IMG/VR virus record: IMGVR_UViG_3300008262_000008
Origin: a virus
Reading direction: 5' to 3' (one strand)
Length of the DNA: 64,000 nucleotides
Within the stretch, counting starts at the first letter, position 1, and every line of letters starts with the position of its first letter. The notes beneath the pieces are model-generated. The model saw nothing but the letters and a program-made list of their open reading frames with translations, was not told the origin of the DNA and ran no database searches. Shown piece by piece: positions 55,091 through 64,000 of this stretch. The translations under genes and the position numbers were made by a program.

Positions 55091-56070
55091 TAGCAGTTCC
55101 ACGCACGTAACGACTTATTTATGCGTGAATTTGGGTCATTCGCAGTTTCCTTAGAAGTTAGCTTATCTTTCATACCTCTCATTCGAGCACAAAACGACGC
55201 CCTGCGGGGATTTCCAACCTTCTTTGAAGGTGCTTTAAGGTCGCTTCCAGGATTGTCATCCTCATAAGATTTACGTCCTTTTTCGTTAAGTCCTCCATTT
55301 TTGTTCTTACCTTCTGAACGTTGCCATGCTGCAACTTCTTCAATGTAATCACCAAAAGATTTCAGTTCAAATTCTTCTTCATGGTTGCTTCTGAGATACA
55401 TTGCAGCAGCATTTAGATTATGAACTGCAAGTGCTAGTTTTGCCTGAACCCAACCAGGAAGTTGATAGTCTGGAGACTTGATTGTTTCTCTGAGCATCTT
55501 GATGTAGAGTTCGATCTCATCAAGTTGTCCAAGTGCCATCGCACCTTCATCATCTTTTTCAGTACCATTATTGATTGCAATATGGTTCTCTTTCAATTTT
55601 GATGCTTTTCTCTCTGCTGCCTTCCTACGCATCTCTGCTTCGGATGGGCTCATTCCTTTTTCCGATGCTGCTTTATGTGCTGCATCTCCAGCTGCTTTCA
55701 CTCTTTCTGCGAATTTTGCCTTTGCATCAGACTGAGATTTAGCAACTTCAGAATTACTGATTGGTCCAGTTGGTCTGGATTGAATTCCACCCATTCGTGC
55801 TCTACGTGCATTACCACTAGATACGTTTTCTTTGATGGGATCTTTCTTTTTCCATTCTTTTTTGAGTTGTTTTTCCATACCTAGTAAGTGCTTGTAGTAA
55901 TCGGGGAATTCTGCAATATGTTGAAGAGCAATACCGTATGCTGCTTTGTGATCAGTTACATGCTCACGTTCGACAGTAGAACCGATTTCTGCCTGACGAA
56001 TGACGTAATCAACATCAACACCATGCTTTTTAGCAATTTCCTGTTCGGTAGGTACTCTCTTCTTTGCCAT
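55090..56070 (-). CDS. Modular charged protein, putative internal head protein
   Basis: Modules EREH...IALQHIAEFPDYY, LPGWVQAKL and AAWQRSEGK...RRASFCARM, linked by hydrophobic-x-E sites. Confidence 0.75.
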   Translation of the reverse strand: MAKKRVPTEQEIAKKHGVDVDYVIRQAEIGSTVEREHVTDHKAAYGIALQHIAEFPDYYKHLLGMEKQLKKEWKKKDPIKENVSSGNARRARMGGIQSRPTGPISNSEVAKSQSDAKAKFAERVKAAGDAAHKAASEKGMSPSEAEMRRKAAERKASKLKENHIAINNGTEKDDEGAMALGQLDEIELYIKMLRETIKSPDYQLPGWVQAKLALAVHNLNAAAMYLRSNHEEEFELKSFGDYIEEVAAWQRSEGKNKNGGLNEKGRKSYEDDNPGSDLKAPSKKVGNPRRASFCARMRGMKDKLTSKETANDPNSRINKSLRAWNC

Positions 56071-56094
56071 GGTAACTATTCTTCTATGTACTAT

Positions 56095-57369
56095 TTATCT
56101 TTGCTCTAACCAGTTCAACACTGCTAGTGCTGCTTTGTTGGTATTTGGTGAAGCACAAACAAGAGTGTAAGTATCACTTACAGTTCCCAAACCACTTCTG
56201 CCAATTTGCAGAGATGCTTTTATATCAAGCTCGATCAAACTTGAACCACCACCAATCGTAAAACCACCAAGAATATTAGTGCCACCTGTATAAGCAGTAG
56301 CACTAATATCATATTGAGTGATGATATTAGGATCAGATGGATTAGTCCAATTTGCTCCAGTTAGAGTTGCATTCTCTACCAATCTCCAAAACACATTAGT
56401 ATTATCGTTAGTTGCTACCTGAAGTGATCTAGGCAAAGCAACACCTTGAAGTGCAGTTGGTTTCAATCTAATACTGATTACTGGATAATATGTGTTTGCA
56501 GATGCCATCGTGGTGCCAGCAATAGCATTACTACGACTTACAAGTTGTCCTAGTTTCTCTGGTTCTCCTTCTTGAATAAGAGAATTGGAACCTTGATAGA
56601 GATAGTGTGTGCCAGCAGCACCAGTTACATTCTCAAGTTCTAGACGAATTGGTAAGAATGGAGTAGCACACCAGACATAATTAATATTATTTGCGTTATT
56701 GAATTTATGAATAACGTGAGTTTCTCCGTCAATCGTATAACTGAAAATGACTTGACCAGCACCATACCATTCATAGTCAATATTGATTAGGTGTTGTGCG
56801 TCTGGGTCTGCTACGATTTGACTAGGACCATTACCATCTAACTTATCTCCATTCCAATCTTCTCTAGCAACTCGTCTCTCTACGACACTACCAGATGCTT
56901 TACTACGAATGACACAATAGTAGTTGGTGCCATCGTCTTCAAAGAAGACACCATCAGTATCGTTGAATATACCAAACCTTCTGCGAATACCTGCTACTGG
57001 TGCTTCCAAACGAATACCAAATGAGCACTGTGATGCTCTACCTGGAATATATCTCATTACTGTTCTGGTCTGTCTGATGACCTTATCCCCAGCAGTTCCA
57101 CCAACAGACATGATAATGTTTGCTGCATTTGGGTTATGGATAGCAGCACCAGCGCCCGTAGTTGCTTCATCCCAGACATCAGTTTCCTTTCCAAACTGGA
57201 AAGTGTTGAAGAATACTGTTTGGTATGGAGATGTTTTAAATCTACTCTTTGAAGTAAATTGAGGTCTCCAATCCGATTGCTCACCCCAGTGGTCGGCAAT
57301 ATTGACAACCTCAAACAGAGATCTTTCTTGATTTAGAAAATCCTGTGTACTCTTATTCCACTGAGCCAT
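56095..57369 (-). CDS. Hypothetical beta-rich protein, probable virion component
   Basis: 424-aa ORF in the late block. Confidence 0.75.
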   Translation of the reverse strand: MAQWNKSTQDFLNQERSLFEVVNIADHWGEQSDWRPQFTSKSRFKTSPYQTVFFNTFQFGKETDVWDEATTGAGAAIHNPNAANIIMSVGGTAGDKVIRQTRTVMRYIPGRASQCSFGIRLEAPVAGIRRRFGIFNDTDGVFFEDDGTNYYCVIRSKASGSVVERRVAREDWNGDKLDGNGPSQIVADPDAQHLINIDYEWYGAGQVIFSYTIDGETHVIHKFNNANNINYVWCATPFLPIRLELENVTGAAGTHYLYQGSNSLIQEGEPEKLGQLVSRSNAIAGTTMASANTYYPVISIRLKPTALQGVALPRSLQVATNDNTNVFWRLVENATLTGANWTNPSDPNIITQYDISATAYTGGTNILGGFTIGGGSSLIELDIKASLQIGRSGLGTVSDTYTLVCASPNTNKAALAVLNWLEQR

Positions 57370-57371
57370 TA

Positions 57372-57701
57372 TCAGAATGCTCCATACTTATGTGCAGATG
57401 TATCAATATTAACTTTATTTGATTTAGTAATATTTACTCTTGGTTTATATGGAGGATAAATTTGTTGAACCATTGCTCCAGGGTAATCTTGCTGTAGCAT
57501 CCATGTCAAATCACCATGATTGGGAATTCCATCTTCAGAAATTATTTCTATTCTGAATAACTCGCCGTTGTAGATAATATCTGCGCTATAAGTTTCTCCA
57601 ACTGGTTCTGCATTCTTTCCATCAGAATGGACGTGCAGAGTACCGTTGAAGTCTCCAGCAATATTAATAGATTCAGATAAAAATTGTTTGTAAGACTTCA
57701 T
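57372..57701 (-). CDS. Hypothetical protein with a CTS-like N-terminus
   Basis: Starts MKSYKQFLSE. Confidence 0.72.
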   Translation of the reverse strand: MKSYKQFLSESINIAGDFNGTLHVHSDGKNAEPVGETYSADIIYNGELFRIEIISEDGIPNHGDLTWMLQQDYPGAMVQQIYPPYKPRVNITKSNKVNIDTSAHKYGAF

Positions 57702-57702
57702 A

Positions 57703-58233
57703 TCAGCCTCCAACAATTTGTACTTCTTCTACAACAATATTTGCAGCACCAGCAGTAATCTTAACGCATCTATGTGCATATGCTTGAGCGCCAGATCCAG
57801 TATAAGTATAATTACCAGTTGCCGCTGATGAGTTAATATCAGTAGTGATAGTCATTCCAGTAGCAGCAGTAATCTTTTTGCCTGCAGTATCGGCAGACTC
57901 AAATGCATCATCAATTACGCCAGCAGCATCAATAATTGCAATATAATCATTAACACTGAAAGGATGTGTATCTCCTGTTATTCCCGAATTGCGATCACCA
58001 AAGGTATATACTGCAGTGGTAGAATCAGTTGCTGCAGTAATAGCTGCCCTTCCAGGGGTTGATCCCTTAAGCAAAACAGATTCACCTGCCAAAATTTGAA
58101 TTGCAGGACCAGCATTAAATTGAACGGTTGATGCTGAAGTAGCACTCACTCTGTAAATACCAGTATTGACAATCTGATATTCTGATTGAGTTGCAGAGAT
58201 ACTATTAGTATTCAATACATTTAAAACGGACAT
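57703..58233 (-). CDS. Hypothetical protein, probable virion component
   Basis: T/A/G-rich; late promoter GATAAATA at 58265-58272. Confidence 0.72.
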   Translation of the reverse strand: MSVLNVLNTNSISATQSEYQIVNTGIYRVSATSASTVQFNAGPAIQILAGESVLLKGSTPGRAAITAATDSTTAVYTFGDRNSGITGDTHPFSVNDYIAIIDAAGVIDDAFESADTAGKKITAATGMTITTDINSSAATGNYTYTGSGAQAYAHRCVKITAGAANIVVEEVQIVGG

Positions 58234-58263
58234 GTTAAACTCCGAAGATATTCTTTCCTATTT

Positions 58264-58683
58264 TTATTTATCTAAGGTTTGCTTTTGCTGTTTGATTAAT
58301 TTTGATAGTTCAGTAGTAGATCCAACAAATAATGCATTGGTTACATTTGTTGGTCCACTTCTTGGCTTTTCATCAATATCTTTCATTTTCTTTTGAAGAT
58401 CAACAAGTTTATCAGTCACATCTGCAACTTGTTTAATTAAATTGCCAGCAACCTCATATGCTCTAGGATGATCAGTACTTTGAGCAACATCCAATGCACC
58501 TTCAATAGCTCTCTGTCCTTTTTCAATTAGGTCATAAAGATTATTTCTACTATGTTCATAATCTCTCTGTATCTCTGGCTTTTTTTGAGATAGAGGAGTT
58601 GGGTCTTCCTCAACTGTTGGTTCAGTGCTTTCAATATCTGAAGAAATATCAAAAACTTTATTCAATTCATCAAAGGTACTCAT
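58264..58683 (-). CDS. gp16: Terminase small subunit gp16
   Basis: DYEHSR.NL, HPRAYEVAG.LIK, NALFVGSTTEL. Confidence 0.92.
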   Translation of the reverse strand: MSTFDELNKVFDISSDIESTEPTVEEDPTPLSQKKPEIQRDYEHSRNNLYDLIEKGQRAIEGALDVAQSTDHPRAYEVAGNLIKQVADVTDKLVDLQKKMKDIDEKPRSGPTNVTNALFVGSTTELSKLIKQQKQTLDK

Positions 58684-59489
58684 ACGGGTTCATCTTCTCC
58701 AGTTACAGGATTCCAATTTTGTGCATCAGTGAAATCTGAATACAGTTCATCAAATCCAAAATTATCATCTGCGTTTGCTGATAGTGGATCAGGTTGAACT
58801 GTATATCTAACTTCTCTAGTTGCGTTAGTAACATCTGTCGATGTATAGTAATCAACTTGTGCCTTACGAATAGTCTTGAAGTCTTCATCTTCTGTTCTGA
58901 TTGGACCATAATAATAAGTTTTAACATTAAATGACAATGTATAAACTATGGTTCTCCTTTCTGTGAAATCACCCTCATAGTTATCTTCATAGGATACATT
59001 CTCTAAAACAACAGGAATATCTTTAGTTTCATCACTGTTAGGAACCATCTTAACAGTCAAGTTGTAATGAGGTTGAAAATGTGGTAAAATTTGTTCTAAG
59101 ATTTGTAAGGCATCATCTTGATTTTTTGCAATGATACCTAGTTCAAATGATAGATTATATGGAACAGGCATGTATTGATGCTTCTGTTTATTATTTGCAT
59201 CAACAACTTTAATTGCTTGAGTTGGAGAAACTTTTCTGCTGCCATCATATGCAAGTCCAGTCATTTCAAAAGAAATTCTTGGAAGAGTAATTTGAATTTT
59301 TTGTGCAGTAATATCAGGTTGCTCTAGAATTCTTGCTAGGAATTTTTGCTTTGGACCATATGCAAGAGGAACTTTCATTACCTCTGTTTTGCTATTTGAC
59401 GTTCTTCTCAATTGTATATTGTTGAAAAGAGTACCAAAACCAACAATGGTCTTCTTAGTTAATTCGTGATAAAAATACTGTCCTAACAT
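58680..59489 (-). CDS. gp15: Tail sheath stabilizer/completion protein gp15
   Basis: YFYHE, FGTLFNNI, VPLAYGPKQKF, LPRISFE. Confidence 0.93.
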   Translation of the reverse strand: MLGQYFYHELTKKTIVGFGTLFNNIQLRRTSNSKTEVMKVPLAYGPKQKFLARILEQPDITAQKIQITLPRISFEMTGLAYDGSRKVSPTQAIKVVDANNKQKHQYMPVPYNLSFELGIIAKNQDDALQILEQILPHFQPHYNLTVKMVPNSDETKDIPVVLENVSYEDNYEGDFTERRTIVYTLSFNVKTYYYGPIRTEDEDFKTIRKAQVDYYTSTDVTNATREVRYTVQPDPLSANADDNFGFDELYSDFTDAQNWNPVTGEDEPV

Positions 59490-60379
59490 TAGAACTTATC
59501 TCCCATGTTTCCAATTTCCCCAAAGGGATTTTTCTCCGAAAAATCTAAAATCAGATTTCCCTTAGTCTCAAAATATTTATTCATTGCACCTTCAAAACTA
59601 TCCATAGCATAACTATCTAGAATTGTTATAGTCCAGTTTGCAGTGTTGTCTGCGTTTTTAACTGCTTCATTATCTTTAAATGTGCCAGTAAGATCTCTAA
59701 GTACAAGTTTTCTTGTAGTTGGATTCCAAGAAACAACAACTCCTTGTGCCTGACTAGTCTGACCAGTTACAGTCTGACCAGCAACAAAAGTTCCAGTTCC
59801 GCCTGCTGACATATTTAGACTTAAACTATAAGCAGATTCATCTTCAACTTCATCAACCTCAGTAATTCCAGTATCAAGAGTTTCATCACTATATTCAAAT
59901 AGTTCACATCTCAATTCCCATACATATCCTTTACCTAATGGATAAAATGGGGATTGGTGATCAACAAATTTAATTTCAAAAATATCGTTAGACAATGGCA
60001 TGTAGATTAAGTCACCTTCATTTGGTCTACCCTCTGCAATTAATGTTGCATTATCATCAACCAAATCTTTAAATCTTTTTCTTGCGATAACAAAAGTTGT
60101 CTGCTCAGCAATACGAATTCCAAATTTTGTATATAAATTTCCTTCTCCTTCTAATCCTTGAGCATTAGGAAAAAATGCTTCAATTTGGTATGAGGATGAA
60201 AATGTTGACATAGCATCTTCACCAAATAAAGAATCATAATTTGCTAAAGTTCTTGGTATGTAATATACTTCCATACCAAACATTTTAATTTGTTCTACGA
60301 CTAGACTTTCTATGAGGTTCTGCTCCCCAGAAGACCCCATAGTAATTCCAGTATTATTGAAGTATGGATTTCTTGGCAT
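59489..60379 (-). CDS. gp14: Neck protein gp14
   Basis: NPYFN, EQNLIESL, PNEGDLIY, CELFEYS. Confidence 0.92.
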   Translation of the reverse strand: MPRNPYFNNTGITMGSSGEQNLIESLVVEQIKMFGMEVYYIPRTLANYDSLFGEDAMSTFSSSYQIEAFFPNAQGLEGEGNLYTKFGIRIAEQTTFVIARKRFKDLVDDNATLIAEGRPNEGDLIYMPLSNDIFEIKFVDHQSPFYPLGKGYVWELRCELFEYSDETLDTGITEVDEVEDESAYSLSLNMSAGGTGTFVAGQTVTGQTSQAQGVVVSWNPTTRKLVLRDLTGTFKDNEAVKNADNTANWTITILDSYAMDSFEGAMNKYFETKGNLILDFSEKNPFGEIGNMGDKF

Positions 60380-60383
60380 ATTC

Positions 60384-61190
60384 TTAACCTATCATATCTA
60401 ATGGTGGAAGTTCGTATGTCGTTCTTAACTTCTCTTCCAACTTTTCAATTTCAATTAATGCATCTTGGAATATTTTATCTCCATTTAAGGTGACGCCACC
60501 TGGAAGTTGAACGTTGTTGTATTTGGTTAAGTTCTGACCCCACTGCTTTTTAAATAATGCAGTGGTATATTCTTTTAACCAAAGATTATTCCAAGCATCA
60601 GAAACATCTGCAGGATTTAATGCCCTGTAACAGTCAACTAAAATATAATCTCCTACTCCAATTTCATCCCAGTTGATGTCCAAATATAATTTTCTATCAT
60701 GAACATTAAATCTAGTTCTCTTCCACATACTAGCATTAGTAACAAAATCTAAAGTCTCTAAGTAACTCTTTACCATATAATAATGTAAAACTTGTGCCGA
60801 GGTAAAGGCATAGATATCATTTAAGAAAATTTGATATTTAATATTAAAAATGTTTGCAGGTACAGCATTTGCAGTACTCAATTGAGTATGAACATCATTA
60901 ATTCCTAAAATATAATCTGGTACTTCAATGTATGTATTTTGTGTTGAAAAATCAGTTCCAGTAATGTTGGTTGCAGTTTTTGCAGCATCTCTCATTTCCT
61001 GAGTGAACTGAGTTTTTAGCATCATTCTTTCAGATCCATCTCCATGAAATTGCCAAAAATATTGCAATGCCATATCAATAAGATCTTCTAGTTGATCATC
61101 GGCAACATTAATTTCTAGTACTGGTGCTCCCAATCTACGCAAACACCAAGCTTTTAATTCTGCTCTGCTAGCTGGTCTATTCGTTGACAT
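60384..61190 (-). CDS. gp13: Neck protein gp13
   Basis: LRRLGAPVLEINV, K.QWGQNLTK, LPGGVTLNG. Confidence 0.93.
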   Translation of the reverse strand: MSTNRPASRAELKAWCLRRLGAPVLEINVADDQLEDLIDMALQYFWQFHGDGSERMMLKTQFTQEMRDAAKTATNITGTDFSTQNTYIEVPDYILGINDVHTQLSTANAVPANIFNIKYQIFLNDIYAFTSAQVLHYYMVKSYLETLDFVTNASMWKRTRFNVHDRKLYLDINWDEIGVGDYILVDCYRALNPADVSDAWNNLWLKEYTTALFKKQWGQNLTKYNNVQLPGGVTLNGDKIFQDALIEIEKLEEKLRTTYELPPLDMIG

Positions 61191-61203
61191 TTTTCGTTAC
61201 CTC

Positions 61204-64000
61204 TTATACTGCATCAAATGCATTTGTACTGCTAATTGGATAATTTACTGCTCCACTCGTTAAAGTTTCACCTCGTAAAAATACTCCACTAATCGCATTT
61301 ACACTAATAACTGCTGGAGTATTGACTGAATCATATGCAGTAATTGTTGCTGTAGCACCACTAGTAGATCCAGTTACAGTTGAACCATTAGTATATGTTC
61401 CTGATCCCCCACCACCGCTGAATGAAATAGTTGGCGCTGAAGTATAATCTGAACCAGAACTAGTAATAACTAAACTTGTTACAACTCCACTACTGAGAAC
61501 TGCAGTAGCAGCTGCCCCTGATCCACCGCCTCCAGTGAATGTTACGGTAGGCGCTGATGTATAACCAGAACCTCCAGCAGTAACGTTATATCCAGTAACA
61601 CCCATACTAATTGTTGAAGATGCAGCGGCAGCAGACCCACCGCCTCCACTAAAGGAAACTGAAGGTGCAGAAGTGTATCCAGACCCGCCGCCAGTCAATG
61701 TTATATTTGAAACATATCCTGTAATTGTCGAGGTTGCAGTAGCACCTGTTCCACCTCCACCACTAAAGGAAACAGCAGGAGCAGAAGTATATCCAGAACC
61801 TCCAGCGGTAACAGTAACGGAAGAGACATTATAACCAATAGTTGCACTAGCCGTAGCACTTGAACCGTCTCCAGTGATTGATACTACAGTTGCGTTAGTA
61901 TAACCAGAACCACCACTATTAACAGTAATACTTGCAATAGCATATCCTAAAGTTACAGTAGCAACTAATCCAGCGCCCCCTGCAACACTAACTGTTGGAG
62001 GAAGTGTATAACCTGAACCACCTGCACTTACTGTGATAGCAGTAATTATACCACTTGCATCAGTTGTTGCTGTAGCAACAGCACCAGATCCACCGCCACC
62101 GCCACTAAATGTGACTGGCAGTGTGGAACTTGGAGCATATCCTGCTCCACCATTAGTTACTGCAATTGTCTTAACAGAACCACTAGAAGCTAAGTTAGCA
62201 GTTGCTGTAGCACCAGTACCAATACTGAATGAAACTGAAGGTGCAGTTGTATATCCAGAACCACCAGCAGTCACAGTAACACTCTTAACTGCACCTGTAC
62301 TAGATAGAGTAGACGTTGCAGTAGCACCTGTTCCACCTCCACCAGTAAATCCAACTGAAGGTGCTGAAGTGTATCCAGAACCGCCACCAGTTACGGATAC
62401 AGTGTTAACATATACGAATACAGATGCTGTAGCAGATGCTCCAGATCCTCCTCCACCACTAAAGGAAACTGAAGGTGCTGAAGTGTATCCAGAACCGCCA
62501 GATCCTAAAGAAACACTGTTTACTGGTCCACTGATGCTTGAAGTTGCCTTGGCACCAATCGCAGTAATATTAATCTTCATTCCAGTTGTAGAATCAAGAT
62601 TATTCAATAAAGCTTCAAATTGATCATATACAGAATTCATCTTATTCTGCATATCACTAATATAATCACTAATTTTAGATAAAGTGACACTTGGAATATC
62701 TGCAGCAGATAAAGTAGTACCACTTGTTGCTCTACCCTTAGCATCTACAGTAACTTTTGTATAAGTTCCAGCAGTTACTCCACTATTTGCTAGAGTAGTT
62801 GATATTGTTGCATTAGCACTACCATTAAAGTTAGCAGAACCTGTTGCATCTCCAGAAAGCGCAATGGTTCTTGTATTTTGTAATGTGGTAGCAGTAGAAG
62901 CATTACCAGTTAATGCTGCAGTAATTGTTCCTGCTGTAAAATTACCAGAAGCATCGCGTGCTACTAGAGTTGATGCAGTATTTGATGAAGTTGCATTAGT
63001 TGCAATAGTTACTGCAGAAGATCCATTATATGAAGTTCCTGTGAGATAAGTTCCAAATGTTAAAGTATTTAAGTTATTACCTAATGTTACCCCAGAGATT
63101 GTATTAGCAGCAAGTTTTGATACTGCAATTGCTGCAGTAGAACTAATATTACTATTACTTACTACACCAGCAGAAAGAGTAGTTGCTAGTGCAACGTTTG
63201 CACCACCATTGAATGATACCGCTGATGCTGTTACATCACCAGTGATACTGAAGTTTCTAGAAGTTTGAAGTGTAGTTGCAGTTGTAGAGTTGCCTGATAA
63301 TGCTCCAGAGAACGTTGTTGAAGAAAGTGTACCTGTAGAAGGATTATATGTTAACTTTGTGCTGGAAACTTTTGATGGAAGGTCTCCAGTATTTGCCGTT
63401 ACGAAGGTTAGATAATGAGTACTGTTAGTTGCATTATCATCAGTAATTGTGGTATTTGTAGCATTAGTTGCTGTTCCACTCAATGAAGCAGTAATAGTTC
63501 CTGCTGTAAAATTACCAGATGCATTTCTCAGTACAAGAGTTGATGCTGTATTTGCAGAAGTTGCATTTGTACCTAGAGTAACATTTCCAGCAACTCCAGT
63601 TGCATTACTAACTGTTAGTCCAGATCCAGCAGTAACATCTACTTGTCTAGTTACTGCAGTTCCAGATCCAGTTCGAACAATAATACCAGTAGTTGTTAAG
63701 TCTCTTAGTGCTACTAAATCCGTGTCTACAATCGATGCTGTTAATGTTACATCTGATCCACCATTAACTGAAACACTTCCACTTAAATCGCCACCTAAAG
63801 AAAGAGTTCTAGCAGTCTGCCATGTTGACGCAGTTGTTGCGTTTCCTGAGAGTGCAGCAGTGATAGTCCCAGCACTAAAGTTTCCAGAAGAATCGCGCAC
63901 CACAACAGTACTAACAACATTATTTGATGCTGTATCAAGACCATTTAGGAAGTTTGCATTTAAATTGTTTACCCTTGTGGTAGAAGCAACAACAAATGGA
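61204..64000 (-). CDS. Tail fibre-like structural protein, 5' end outside the window
   Basis: Frame stays open past 63903 to the window edge; repeated RD-x-SGNF-x-AGTITA and GGSGY-x-SAP modules. Confidence 0.8.
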   Translation of the reverse strand, partial: PFVVASTTRVNNLNANFLNGLDTASNNVVSTVVVRDSSGNFSAGTITAALSGNATTASTWQTARTLSLGGDLSGSVSVNGGSDVTLTASIVDTDLVALRDLTTTGIIVRTGSGTAVTRQVDVTAGSGLTVSNATGVAGNVTLGTNATSANTASTLVLRNASGNFTAGTITASLSGTATNATNTTITDDNATNSTHYLTFVTANTGDLPSKVSSTKLTYNPSTGTLSSTTFSGALSGNSTTATTLQTSRNFSITGDVTASAVSFNGGANVALATTLSAGVVSNSNISSTAAIAVSKLAANTISGVTLGNNLNTLTFGTYLTGTSYNGSSAVTIATNATSSNTASTLVARDASGNFTAGTITAALTGNASTATTLQNTRTIALSGDATGSANFNGSANATISTTLANSGVTAGTYTKVTVDAKGRATSGTTLSAADIPSVTLSKISDYISDMQNKMNSVYDQFEALLNNLDSTTGMKINITAIGAKATSSISGPVNSVSLGSGGSGYTSAPSVSFSGGGGSGASATASVFVYVNTVSVTGGGSGYTSAPSVGFTGGGGTGATATSTLSSTGAVKSVTVTAGGSGYTTAPSVSFSIGTGATATANLASSGSVKTIAVTNGGAGYAPSSTLPVTFSGGGGGSGAVATATTDASGIITAITVSAGGSGYTLPPTVSVAGGAGLVATVTLGYAIASITVNSGGSGYTNATVVSITGDGSSATASATIGYNVSSVTVTAGGSGYTSAPAVSFSGGGGTGATATSTITGYVSNITLTGGGSGYTSAPSVSFSGGGGSAAAASSTISMGVTGYNVTAGGSGYTSAPTVTFTGGGGSGAAATAVLSSGVVTSLVITSSGSDYTSAPTISFSGGGGSGTYTNGSTVTGSTSGATATITAYDSVNTPAVISVNAISGVFLRGETLTSGAVNYPISSTNAFDAV
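61400..62510 (-). repeat. About 10 degenerate Gly-rich coding repeats (GGSGYTSAPSVSFSGGGG), spaced roughly 110-120 nt
   Basis: Recurrent GAAGGTGC(A/T)GAAGTGTATCCAGAACC-like sequence on the plus strand. Confidence 0.85.

Noticed and set aside
61400-62510. Possible CRISPR array or DGR template in the repeated region
   Set aside because: Repeats are degenerate, in frame and protein-coding; no constant repeat-spacer pattern, cas gene or reverse transcriptase in the window
62033-62623. 196-aa Pro-rich plus-strand ORF
   Set aside because: Antisense mirror of the Gly-rich tail-fibre repeats

Overview
A 64-kb segment of a T4-like cyanomyovirus genome (Kyanoviridae-type). Most genes are on the minus strand, so transcription runs right to left. 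The order is: partial tail-fibre gene, gp13-gp14-gp15-gp16, an insert block, gp17-gp18-gp19-gp20-gp21-gp22-gp23, gp3, uvsY, uvsW, gp55, gp47, gp46, tRNA-Ala, a CobT-like/CobS-like pair, gp45, gp44, Dam, gp62 and regA. A plus-strand accessory island follows (25260-29627). The minus-strand run then resumes with hsp20, gp43, two 2OG-Fe(II) oxygenases around uvsX, gp41, mazG, putative internal head proteins, gp61, nrdA, nrdB, a modular endolysin and a tRNA/ncRNA cluster with cpeT. Main observations: (1) a tandem glutamine (glnA-type) riboswitch whose P2 loops are filled by two paralogous small ORFs, upstream of a DUF4278-like peptide; (2) non-canonical RNAs in the tRNA array (manA-like RNA, an anticodon-less tRNA mimic, a structured RNA ending in a hairpin plus ACCA); (3) a ROSE-like thermometer before hsp20; (4) SD-occluding hairpins that overlap late promoters in front of two putative nucleases; (5) T4 capsid-targeting-like motifs on a nucleotidyltransferase and other proteins; (6) a portal gene missing its central part with a frameshift, probably an assembly artefact. 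All assignments come from motif recognition and synteny by eye; no database searches or folding computations were run.
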